Assembly (NCBI GenBank): GCA_002633005.1
Contig: NMRA01000022.1
Span: forward strand, 1 to 64,000
From: Phoronis australis
Lineage: Eukaryota > Animalia > Phoronida
Direction of reading: 5' to 3'
DNA length: 64,000 nt
In this document: piece after piece, positions 13,015-24,380 of the stretch
How the letters are laid out: the number at the start of each line of letters is the position of its first letter
How positions within the stretch are numbered: position 1 is the first letter of the stretch
The notes under the pieces: model-generated
What the model saw: only the letters and a program-made list of their open reading frames with translations
What the model was told of the DNA's origin: nothing
Database searches by the model: none
Program-made: the position numbers and the translations under genes

Positions 13015-14269
13015 TTAAGACAATCTATTCAGTCCGAACATACCAACACACTGGGTTTGACTGTGTTCACACATGGTTGGTAATAAGCCTGGGCCTGCAT
13101 GTTGTCATACCAGACAAAAGACTGCGCTCGGCAGTTCACAAGGGAGCTAGAAGTTACATGATCACAGGCTCACAACTGCTCTTAAACGGCTGGTAAAGTC
13201 ACTGAATGGGAGAACGCCCTATGACATTCAAATTTTTCAAAACACCATTAGTCTTCGACCAGAACGCGCTGTAAAGACTGATAAACGAATTGAATGTCAG
13301 CTGATTTTTAGACTACCTAGCTGATTTCAGAGGTCCAGTAAGTGAAGTGAGAACAATGTTCAAGCAACACGGAGTACAACCCAGTATGCCGATAAGCCAA
13401 CAGAACTATCGTAACGAGCCTCAGTTTAGAACAAGCCTCCTGCCGGCATGAATTAGGTCAATTACTCTAGAGAGCGCCAAAATAAAAAATCCCCAATTCA
13501 AATGATGTTCAAATTGGACACCATCATTAAAAAAAACAGTGCAGGTGGCCTGTTGTCATTTGTGGTGCATCAGAAATGCGCAGGCCTCATGGTTGGGCCC
13601 ATATTGCACAAAACACCTGAGCAAAGGCACGAGAGCCCAATTATGGCTCTTCGTGAAGGAAGTTTTCGAGTCTGCCAGTCTCCTTTAGGAAAACAGACAG
13701 ACGTTTCCATTTGTTGCCATTCACAATATGATGTAGGCATGTAACAGTGCTACAGTAGGTTGCTCCTTAGCCTATAAAAAGCTGGGCAAGACTCTACCAG
13801 GTGTTTAAGAGATTCTACGTCAGTACCACACTCGGGACACACTGGGCTCCCCATATGCCCCGTAATGTGTCTGTGTCGGGCTAGGTTACAGTGGCCCGTC
13901 AAAATTTGAATGACGTGTCTTATACACAATCTATCTAGACTCAGAAGGTTTCTTCAAACTTTTGGTTCGATCACATTGGGAAAATTCTCCTTGGTCTCTC
14001 TGCAGGAGTTAAGTGATGCCCACTGGGATGCTGACTGGGTATGTAACCAGTTGCGTATACTCATCACGCAGAATCCGTAAAATACCGGAATAGCAGGATC
14101 AGGCACAAAATGCAGAACTACTCTTTCATTTTTCCATGAAGGCTCAATTTTTACAGATACCTTTAGAGTAAAGACTTGTATGAAATACTTTGAATCAAGC
14201 AAACAATCACAAAAATGTAGTAAAACAATTATACCAAGCACAACTTAAATGCCAGGTGTTGCATTTCAG

Positions 14270-14365
14270 GAGGTGCCCAGTTACTTGAGTACGTAGGGCC
14301 TGATGACCATGAGATACCTGAGCCCCCAGGTACAGGTGATCAACATGCAGTCAGTGAAGATGCAG
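14270..14365 (+). CDS. Nested gene 1 exon (GAQLLEYVGPDDHEIPEPPGTGDQHAVSEDA); upstream exons not found
   Basis: gcatttcAG / GTAATT; 96 nt, open, phase 1-1. Paralogous to 20710-20796, including the intron start gtaattctgactttt. Confidence 0.65.
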
Positions 14366-15281
14366 GTAATTCTGACTTTTTTGTTGGAAGTCATTGCGAA
14401 AATCCGGACAGAAGTTGGACGGAAAAACGACACTAAACTTGTTGAAAATTTACCGAAAGATTTTGCTTCAAAATTCCGTCTATTTTCCACGAGAATAATT
14501 GTGAACATTTTAAGACCACCACATTACGATCAATGCTGAATGGTGGTTCCACCGCGACATAGTTGATTTGGTAGATATACCCTCCACAAACAAGCATGTG
14601 CTACAAGTTCTGTATCCGTGTTCGTTAAAAACAAGTTGTAGACAGAGTATATTGGAGCGATGGAACGTTATAAATGACAGGTACGTTATAATATGTCTCG
14701 ATTGTGCTTTTCCTGAACCTTCTAATTCCGTAAATACTAGGTTAACTAAACACACTTATCGAAAAAGTGTTGTCAGTACTGTAAAAACTTAACGTCGCGC
14801 GGTGTTATTGAATATTACGTTGACGTTCAAGGCATCTCACCATTCACTTAAAAGTAGTTCCATTGCCAGACCAGGCATAATTATCATGTTTATTGCCGGC
14901 ACAGCTGAGTGGGTAATGAACTATTGAAATCATTGATAAAAGCGTGTCAAGTTTATAGTCCCTGTAACCCCTGAGTTTCTATTATGATCATTTCGCGTTA
15001 TGTTGGCCAGCTGATTTCAGAGGCCCAGTAAGTGAAGTGAGAACTTGACGTATGCGGCCACAACTCAAAGTGTTTAAGTGGTGATTTAAGGGCAAGTAGT
15101 GCTCACAAAAGACCACTTTCTAAATGGTAGCAGTCCTCAGTTTGTGGGGGAGCACTCACATAGGAGAGGTTGCTAGAGCTGTGCTCTCCTCAAGTATTTG
15201 ACAGACATTCCTTCAAAGCATTATAAAGAGTCAGGGTAGCATCTATTCCAAGTCTTACTTCCAAGCAAATGCATACACTAT

Positions 15282-16716
15282 AAACAAGAGCAATGCCAAG
15301 CGTTGAAATCCACCCACGATAGAAACGCAAACAATGTGTTTCTATGGGTGTTTTTAGCATCATAAATATGGCCATTGGATGGCGCATGATGTGTCAAACC
15401 CATCAGAATTAAGAAGGTGCCATCATTTCTGTAAAACACAACTATTTGCCAAATTTCATGAAAATAAGCCAAGGAACTCCTTAGACATAAGAGGCAAATG
15501 TAAAAAACAATTGGGACTAGGAGACACAGCTAATTTAGTTTGATTGGTCCGAAACTCATCTTCATCTATTGCCATCCTATAGAAGCCCATCTGCCAAAAA
15601 TACTCAAAAATCCTTCAAAGGGTTAAGAAGATACAGCCTTAGATGCAAAAAAGTAAAATTGCCCCTAAGGGGTGCCGGAATAGTCAAACATTCGAAAATC
15701 AATAATGTCAGCCGACCTTAATGCATCAGGAACACAACCATCAATTTTCATAAGTGTCCTTTGAGTGACTTAGGCAGATAGAGAGGCAGCCGTCAAAACA
15801 TGTGCGGAAAATTTAAATGGCCACCAGGTGGTGCACAAAACATCAAACCTGTCCGAAAATGGGAATTGTCGTCTCTACAATAGAAACCTATTTGCCAAAT
15901 TTCATGAAAACACATTCATGAACTCCAAAGATACAGAGGTAAACATAAAAAACATTTTGCTAATAGGGGGCACAGTGGTATTTGGATTTATTTTGTTCGA
16001 CATTTGTTAGAATTTGTCGTCGGCACCAAAAGAACGCATCTTTCAAATTTCACAGAGCTCCTTCAAAGGGTTAAAGAGATTCGGCCTCAGATGTAAAAAA
16101 CAAAATCACCACTAGGGGCCGACGCAGTAGTTGGACCCATCTGAAAGTCAACTTCATTCCTGGTCTTCTGACCATCTGTAAATTCTCACAATGATCTTTT
16201 AAGCAGTATGGCAGATAGGGAATTGGACACCAGCTCAGGGCCCGGTCTCTAATCTTTGTACTCGAAACGAACTCGAAACTATTTTTGGCAATTTCTCTGC
16301 TCCTTTTGTGCGAACTTAAGATAATTGGTTATCAGATTGTGCTCGAATACATAATAGTTTATGCATAGGAGTTTCTAGTTCAAGTTTGCCTTATATTCGC
16401 GCGACAAACTCGAGTAAAAACTCGAAATTTCGAGCTCAAACTCGAACTTATTGCTTTAATATTGGGTTTACAAACTGTGAACTTAAGGGCAATAAATTAT
16501 CTACGCAAGTTATTGTGTACTCGAGCATAGAATAATAGACACTTATCTTGAGTTCGCCCAAAAGTTGAGTAGAAAATTCCAAACCTAATTTTGAGTTCCA
16601 TTTCGAGTAAAAAGATTGGAGACCGGGTCCAGAAAACAGAAGCGAAAATAACAAAACTAGCCGCCACTGGTGCAGAAAACATTAAATCTGCCCCTAAGAC
16701 AGGAATGTGCATAAAA
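15282..16716 (-). mobile_element. HINE-like element with degenerate internal repeats, interrupted by a MITE
   Basis: AACAAGAGCA end as at 29415; recurring TTTGCCAAATTTCATGAAAA and CCTTCAAAGGGTTAA motifs; ends GCATAAAAA. Confidence 0.55.
16239..16629. mobile_element. PIF/Harbinger-like MITE
   Basis: About 30-bp TIRs GGCCCGGTCTCTAATCTTTGTACTCGAAA / TTTCGAGTAAAAAGATTGGAGACCGGGTC; CAG TSD. Related fragments near 36732, 38130-38330, 41790-42030 and 42780-43020. Confidence 0.8.
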
Positions 16717-17403
16717 AGTGATCAGACAAAATATTGTTCCACCCTCATGACAGATAATTCTGTTAACAGCAAAAATAAGGGCACAACTTCTCCAAAATTC
16801 CCAATACAGTATTCAAAATGGCTTTAAAACCACCTTACTTGACCTTTCCTGCTCCTGTTGCTATGTTGGTGCTTATGAGGGAATATAGTGGCTATGAATT
16901 TGGCTTCTGACTACCCTATGTACCCGTCATGACAAGAAACTTCAGTTCATTTCATTTAACACTTTAGTAGTAGTGTACCTTAATTATAACTCAGGCCGAG
17001 GCTGCAATTCAAGACCTAGTAGTCTTAATACTCAGCCAGGAGGTAATCAAATGAAAATGAATCTTGCTGGTCCTACATACTTTAACAATTTTTCCACATT
17101 CAAAAAGACAACCAAAGGGTCATTTAATTAGTGGCCGTACTCTACTATAACTTGAAATAATGCAACTACATGTAAAACAGTTTCAGCTAGTGGCCGGTAA
17201 ATGTGCTATTGGTGTGAATTAACACATCTAGTTTGAAAACGGACAAAAATCGGCTGTAATGTGCCCACATTTTGAGAACCTGTTTGACACCCGTTATTCA
17301 GTGCAGAAAACTGGTTCTCAAAACGTGGGCATGTTATATCTGACTGTTACCTAAAACGCAGCTCTATTACAAATAAGCAGGAGTGGCTACCATTTACCAA
17401 CTC

Positions 17404-18880
17404 AAAATGAGAGCGCTCGGAGGAGCGACACTTGGCGGAAATAATCGAAAAGACGACGAACACGATATCATTCATGTGACTAGCGAAGAAATCATTTAGA
17501 GAGCATATAATCAACTACAATAAAGAATGAAAGCCCGTTCAAAACTCTATCTAAAGTGGTAGTTTGGCAAACACGATAACATTCATGTGACTAGCGAAGA
17601 AATCAAATAGAGAGCATACAGTCAACTACATTAAAGAACAATAGATGGCGCAACATGACGGTCCAGTCTGCAGTAGGACAGTGCTGGCTGGGTCAGTCTG
17701 GGTCAACTAGGCATAACCAAAACAAAGTGAACTAACTGAAAGCCAGCCAGCTGCGTGCATACGTGACCGAAGGAACAACGGTATCCGAAAATCTCGAATA
17801 ATTCAAAAAGTAGATGTCGTAGCGCAAAATGGAAAATATCTTCTGAAAGCCCGTTCAAAACTCTATCTAAAATGGTAGTTTGGCAAACACGATAACATTC
17901 ACGTGACTAGCGACGAAATCAAATAGAGAGCATACAATGAACTACAATAAAGAACAATAGATGGCGCCACATGACTGTCCAGTCTACAGTAGAACAGTGC
18001 TGGCTGGGTCAGTCTGGGTCAACCAGGCATAATCAAAACAAAGTGAACTGAAAGCCAGCCAGCTGCGTGTGACCGAAGGAACAACGGTATTCGAAAATCT
18101 CGAATAATTCAAAAAGTAGACGTCGTAGCGCAAAATGGAAAATATCTTCTGAAAGCCCGTTCAAATCTCTATCTAAAGTGGTAGTTTGGCAAAAATCCAA
18201 AAATTTTTCGAGAAAATTGAAAATTTGCCGTTTTTTTTTGAAATTCAAAGTCAAATAACTCGAAAACGGTAAGTCTGAGAAATACGCTCTCGCAGACTTT
18301 TTGAAAGGCCATACTTCAAGGAATCCACATGCAAAAATTCACGTCATTTGCTCTTCCCATAAAAAATGCGACACCAGAGCGATTGAAACCGTGTGAACAT
18401 GCCCCACAGCCGCCATCTTGAAGGTGACTTCCGGTTCAATAATTTTTTATAAAAGCTTATTAAACTCAACAAACACGTGACCAGTTTGAAAGTGATTGGT
18501 TTGCAATTGCGCCCTCTACAGGAGAAAACATTTTTAGCCATATTTCGGAGTGCGCATGCGCCACGTCCAATATTTCCGCCATCTTTAACCGGAAGTCAAC
18601 GATTTTCTGCACAATTGTAGCACATGCGTTCTAGTATATTCGTTCCGATTTTGAGCCACGTAGGTCGAAAAATGCAGCCTCTACGAGTATTTGACTGTGA
18701 AATCGGATACAAAATGGCAGCCACGTCCGCCATTTTGTATCCGATCATGACCAAAAACAACAGCGTTCCAGTGATTCCCGATCTACATGTTGTGTGCAAA
18801 TTTCGTGAAAATCGGACCAGAATTGCGACCTGTAGAGAGCGAACAAAAAAAAAACTTACTGTCAGAGCAACATACTTGTA
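17404..18880 (-). mobile_element. HINE-like element with an internal ~310-bp tandem repeat
   Basis: GCCCGTTCAAAACTCTATCTAAAGTGGTAGTTTGGCAAA recurs at about 17533, 17849 and 18155; TGTGCAAATTTCGTGAAAATCGG motifs; terminal palindrome GCGCTCGGAGGAGCG. Confidence 0.6.
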
Positions 18881-19330
18881 ACTATACCACAGATACCATA
18901 ACATCAAAATTCTCACATAACCAATACCTAGCATTACGGTAAGTAAATAACCCATCCAAGTTATTGACAATGCGTACCAGCAGTAGGATAAAACATGCCC
19001 ATATTTTGAGAACCAGTTTGATGCCCTTTACTCGGGAGAAAACTGGTTCTCAAATTGTGGGCGTGTTATATTTGACTACCATGCATCCCAACCAACATCT
19101 TTGGCGAAAGCATCTACAAAGCAAGTTTAACGTATTTTGGCTTTGTCTTGAGTAATTCTTCATCCAGAGTGGAGGACAAATGTTATTTATTCATGACTGT
19201 CTGTGTGAGTTCTACATATTAGGAACTTTAAATAAAAATTAGGAAAAGTAGGAAAGTTCTAATTTATGCTTTTAAAAAACCCTGTTCAATGGCAACGGTA
19301 ATTGATATACTTAAACATGTTTTATTTCAG

Positions 19331-19369
19331 ATGCACCAACAGAAGTGTCTATCAACCCTGAGCCTCAAG
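19331..19369 (+). CDS. Nested gene 1 exon (DAPTEVSINPEPQ)
   Basis: ttttatttcAG / GTATGT; 39 nt, open, phase 1-1. Confidence 0.65.
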
Positions 19370-19502
19370 GTATGTTTAGTGCAAACTAATGCAAGGACTA
19401 ATTTCTCATGCATGTTCATAGTACACAGGTTCCATCCAGCATGTTTTAAGTGGATGCGGTATTATCAATGGGATTACAAAACTGAGTATTTAACAAACCA
19501 AT

Positions 19503-19506
<4 letters not shown>

Positions 19507-19570
<64 letters not shown>
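19507..19570. repeat. (AT)n microsatellite
   Basis: Uninterrupted AT dinucleotide run. Confidence 0.95.
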
Positions 19571-19572
<2 letters not shown>

Positions 19573-20709
19573 CTGGAGTCACTGTTAGTAGCCACTTTTG
19601 TTGATACCAAAACAAGCTTATCTTAAATAACACCTGCATGATCCTTTATGTTATTCCGAGCTGGTCAGGTGACTTTCAATGACATCGTAATCTTTGCTCA
19701 GCGTGGTGTGAATTCTTTGTCAATGTACGCACTCTTTGTTCACAGAATTTAAGTTTTATTTCCTTGGTGATTTTTTTCTATCTGACCCCTTGCTACATTC
19801 ACTTGTAAATGATGTTGAGTTTGTCCTACGTATTGGATGGAACGTATTCTACAGGATATTAGGTACATAATTTTGGTGGTGGTGCAGTCAGAATTGAATT
19901 CGCAATTTTCATTGGTTTGGAAGAATGTTTTATCACTGATAAAGAAACCCAGTGTGCATCTAGATTTGCTTCATTGTGTGTTGCCAATAGGTTTGCCTAT
20001 ATGGACAATAAAATTCAAACTGACAAACCAATTGGCAACACACAATGTAGCAAATCTAGAAAACTTCAAAATAAAGCATTATTCAGACAGCACCACCACC
20101 AATATTATTTACCTATTAGTAATTACCTGCACAAAAGTTTCATCCAATACCAGGACAAACTCAACAAACTCTGTTTCGCAATCATGAGACATAATTTTCT
20201 AAATTCTGATTGTAACACTGAATTTTTCTGTGGTGGCTCTGTGATCAATGGACCCTTCGAGTCCTTCACGGAGTCTTCATATTAACCTTTAATTTGTATT
20301 AATTGTATTTAACTTTTAACGTGTCCATCAAAATAGAATGAACTAAATTTACTATCTCTAGTTTTTGTAACTATGCATAACACTTAATTTTTAGAACAAC
20401 TATTCACTGGCTCCAATTACAGAATAATTCTGATTCAAAGTAACAGTTGACTTTTAAAATGTCTGTGCCATATTGAAATTCATCAACCTGTCAGACGGCG
20501 ATCAGGTCTTTGATGGACAAGCTTCAGCGCCACCTATAAATTCTATTTAATGTAGACTGTTTTTTTCAACCCACTGGTATTAACAGCCTTTTAAAGAAAA
20601 GATTTGGTCAGAAATGCTTTGAATTGAGCAAATACACTATCACAGAAATGAAAAAACTCAATTATACCACGCACAACTAAAACCCAGTGCTGCATTTCCC
20701 GTTCCTTAG

Positions 20710-20796
20710 GCATACCAGAAGCATGGCACAACCATGAGAGACGTGCGCCTCCAGCAACACTAGATGCAGCGAGAACAGCAGTCAATGAAGCTGAAG
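20710..20796 (+). CDS. Nested gene 1 exon (GIPEAWHNHERRAPPATLDAARTAVNEAE)
   Basis: ttcccgttccttAG / GTAATT; 87 nt, open, phase 1-1. Confidence 0.65.
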
Positions 20797-22753
20797 GTAA
20801 TTCTGACTTTTACAAACAGAACCAAAGTAATATAGGCAGTAATTGTCGTAAGATTAATATAAATGGCTTACAGCAAAACTTTTATTGCTCGTTTGAAACA
20901 GTAGTCAGATCCAAGACTATGTACTGTAGTTTATGTGATGACATCACATCACCGACATCTGAAGACTGTGTAGTAGATATCGTATCAAATGATGTTGACC
21001 ATAGTGCAGGAAGGACAGTGCAGAGGAGGCAACCGTGTCCCCTCAATCGCCGTTCATGTGTGCCCCTCATAATTAGATGTAAATTTCAACTTTAAGATGT
21101 CTTAATGCATTTACTCCAAAATATTTGGAACAAAGGGTGCCATGAAATGTATCTGTTTTGCAAACTGTAGACCAATCATCCTATATGACACGATCGGCCA
21201 TCAAAATGAGAATACAAATGCACGAGCCTAGTTAGCTTGGCGCTATAGCAGGGTAAACTAAGTACTCACCAGGAACACTACTGCATGCCAAAGTGTGTGA
21301 ATGATAAGCAAAAGCAACCACAATTGTCTTTTCACTTATTTCCAACTGACCAGACGCTTAAGAAGGTATGGATTCACAAAATACACCAGGATCCTGACCC
21401 TAGTTTCAAGTTTCAGTGTCACTGACTTGTTTGTTTGCAATGAACGATGTTGAGTCTTTGATTCGAGTCAAGATTTATGAGTTAATGTCGTTCTTTTCCT
21501 CGATTCATTTGTATGTTCCATCCATTAAATTACTATTGTTTTGTCACTAAAACTCTCGTATGGGCACTCATTCTGTTCCGTGTCGCTTGTGCCATTGGCC
21601 AGGGTCAGTAAAGCCACGGTTTCCGCTATGAACACTGTCACTGACTCAGTGATCAGGAAACACCGGCTGCAGTATTCTTAGTCACGATTTGCTATGAATG
21701 TTTGACAACAAACCTTTTCAGTTATCACTTAAATTAATTAATTAATGAGTGTTAATAGTATTCATGTCCTCATAAAATACATGTATTTTTAGATTTGTAG
21801 GTATAAACATGAGGTACAATTTCAGCTCTTTATATCGACACGAGTCACAATTTACCAATTTGGCCAGGTATAAATATAGATCCTGATTTGGAAGCCAAGG
21901 CCACACCCTCCCTAACCTAAAAAAGATGAGTGCCGCCTCGCAATTTGTGAATTTACTTTCGGTTTTTTCAAGTAATGTCCACTAAAGAACCAGTAACCTC
22001 ATCCCAATACACTTTACGGAACATATTCTTGTCTCTTGCAATAGCCCTCCACCAGCTTAAAGGTTAACTTTGGCATGTCTTTCAACAATTTTGACCAAAC
22101 TTTTACCATTGTTTACATTACCAGATTAAACAGATGCATGATTGTGTAACCTCATCTTGAAACCCAGTAGTCCAAAGGGCCATGCTTTAGATATTGGTTT
22201 ACTGTCTATAGCAAAGGCAGATGAGTGGGATTTCCTCAAGATTATCAGATATGCCAATGACAAAACTAGGAATAACATCATTGACTCTATAGAACAAAGT
22301 CGCTCATTAACAATGAAACCTAACCATGTACACCATTGAAAACAATATCATTAATGGCTTTAAAAATAATGAACAAACCAAAATGCTTACTTCAGCCACT
22401 CCACACCCAGTGGCGCATGAGGCTATCAGTTGATTGTATCTGCGTGTAATTGTCAAGTCACAGTACAAATTTCACTACAGACTAAAAGCAGACAATACAA
22501 AACAGAGCACTCCAATAAACCATGGTCTTTTGTAGGTAAAAAGATTTCAATTAAAAACCTGAAAATGCAACTAGTAAGAGTAACATTAATTGTTAAAAAA
22601 TTGTCACTTACTGTCCTCTCAGTCTCTAAAAACAAATCAGCTCCACTTCAAAAAGAGGCTGTTAAGACATGCACTCATAGACAGAATTTCATTCTGGTAT
22701 AAAAAGCAGACAATACAAAACAAAGCACTCCAATAAATCCTTGTCTTTTGTAG

Positions 22754-23025
22754 GTAACGAGACCTGGCTTATCGTACCGTTGACATTGCTCATGTTCCTT
22801 GCTTATCCACCTTTGCTACTTGAAGCAGAAACACTGGTATTAGCAGAGCTAGTGCACTGGTTTGTGCTGTTTATCATTGATGGTGGCTACACAGATGAAC
22901 AAGATGGTGGTGTGCCATACCCCATACAAGATCAGCAGCCACACGATGAAGAGGAGAGGCTAAGAGGCCTATATCTCAATGCTGGCGTGCGTTCAGTAGA
23001 CGCTAGGACCTACGCTAGGACCTAG
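22754..23025 (+). CDS. Nested gene 1 terminal exon (GNETWLIVPLTLLMFLAYPPLLL...YPIQDQQPHDEEERL...ART*), hydrophobic segment plus acidic tail
   Basis: ttgtcttttgtAG acceptor; phase 1 entry matches the preceding exons; open to TAG. Confidence 0.6.
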
Positions 23026-23134
23026 CTAAAACCTAGTCAAAGTCACGTGTTCTCATTTGAAATACACGGCAATATCTCACGTAATCTCGCGAAGTCTTGC
23101 TTTTTAGCGAGGTCCTAGCGCAATTGAACGGGAG
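22987..23134. mobile_element. About 150-bp MITE-like inverted-repeat element
   Basis: CGTTCAGTAGACGCTAGGACCTACGCTA is inverted relative to TAGCGAGGTCCTAGCGCAATTGAACG; GCTGGC flanks at 22981-22986 and 23135-23140. Confidence 0.7.
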
Positions 23135-23432
23135 GCTGGCATCCAAATTTCGCTTACCGCTAACCTATATTATAACCCATGAAACGTGTTCTAGTCACGT
23201 GTTATTTGTTAAATAGTGGAGACAAAACTTTTGTTTGTTACCATAATCAGTATATTGCATCAGTATTAGAATTGTACAACATTGGTTCGTTAAGTTATTT
23301 TCTACTAAGAATTGGTGCTGGAGGCTGCTAACAACACAGTCTCCTAGGTTAATATGTTGACTTCACTTGACTTCAAAGTGAAATTTGCAAGGTGCTGTTG
23401 TTATGTGGTATTCTATTCAGTTTGTATTACCA

Positions 23433-24135
23433 GCCCATCTTACCAAAGATTACCTATTATACGTTATTTACCTGTATTCATTTTATTGTAATTGTACTAG
23501 TCATAATAAATGACCTTATATCGCCTACATCAGTCTCCTTTTCATCTCTGGTAACGAGCTTGCGACGCACGTATCATTTATCTACTATCCGGGACATATG
23601 TCGATCATAAATGGTATTTCACTCGTTAAATATATTTATGTGAGCATATGGACTTGTCTTACTCCTTTTCCCATTCATCTCGGTCTATTCCATTCTTCCC
23701 TTGTGTAGGACTACATTCGCATTGGTCTGCTGTTATCACGTGCCTCGAGTTTGGTCAGGTCTTGGCTCTTATAGGCTGATGATTGTCACGTGTCTTTAGG
23801 GGCGTTTTTCTGTTATTGTAACCTCGCTTTCAATTCACTTTGTTCCGGCCACATTGTCGTACGTCAAAAACTCATTCAATTTTCCCACCCTCTTCCTCCC
23901 AGTTTTCGTCATTCTCTCGTACTTCCACGTGGCCGGCGCTTTTGCTTTTTAGTGCCCATCTTACCAGACATTACCTATTATACGTTATTTACCTGTATTC
24001 ATTTTAGTTGTAATTGTACTAGTCATAATAAATGACCTAATATCGCCTACATCAGTCTCCTTTTCATCTCTGGTAACGAGCTTGCGACGCACGCATCATT
24101 TATCTATTATCCGGGACATAATGTCGATCATAAAT
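23433..24135. repeat. Two ~180-bp near-identical direct repeats (23433-23612, 23954-24135) flanking ~340 bp
   Basis: GCCCATCTTACCA...ATGTCGATCATAAAT occurs twice with few differences. Confidence 0.9.
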
Positions 24136-24281
24136 AAAAAATTCCATGAAAAGTTGGCCTTTGACACCGTGACATGGTGTAGGGGAACACATAATAGGTC
24201 AAATCACACAATGCACTTTACCACCATTCAATAACACGGGAGGGGGGGAGAAAGTGTGTTTGATCTTCGCGTCGTTTAGCT

Positions 24282-24380
24282 ATGATACATCACTGTGTTT
24301 GTGGCAACTGCTCAAACACCAGCCAGGTGGAAGGCATGAGTCTCTTTAGATTCCCAAGTGACAAGCATTATTTTAGAGTA
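24282..24380 (+). pseudogene. Truncated THAP-domain fragment (transposon remnant)
   Basis: MIHHCVCGNCSNTSQVEGMSLFRFPSDK fits the THAP N-terminus (M..C....C.N....SL.RFP.D); similarity is then lost and a stop follows. Confidence 0.75.

Noticed and set aside
13978-13990. NF-kB-like site GGGAAAATTCTCC, plus TATAAAA near 13773
   Set aside because: Short motifs expected by chance; no transcription start can be placed.
14006-14038. 33-nt plus-strand exon-like segment ELSDAHWDADW with good splice sites
   Set aside because: Open only in phase 0, incompatible with the phase-1 exon at 14270; may be UTR or chance.
21270-21355. Minus-strand phase 1-1 exon-like segment with a GTGAGT donor
   Set aside because: Phase is incompatible with the host gene and no partner exons were found.
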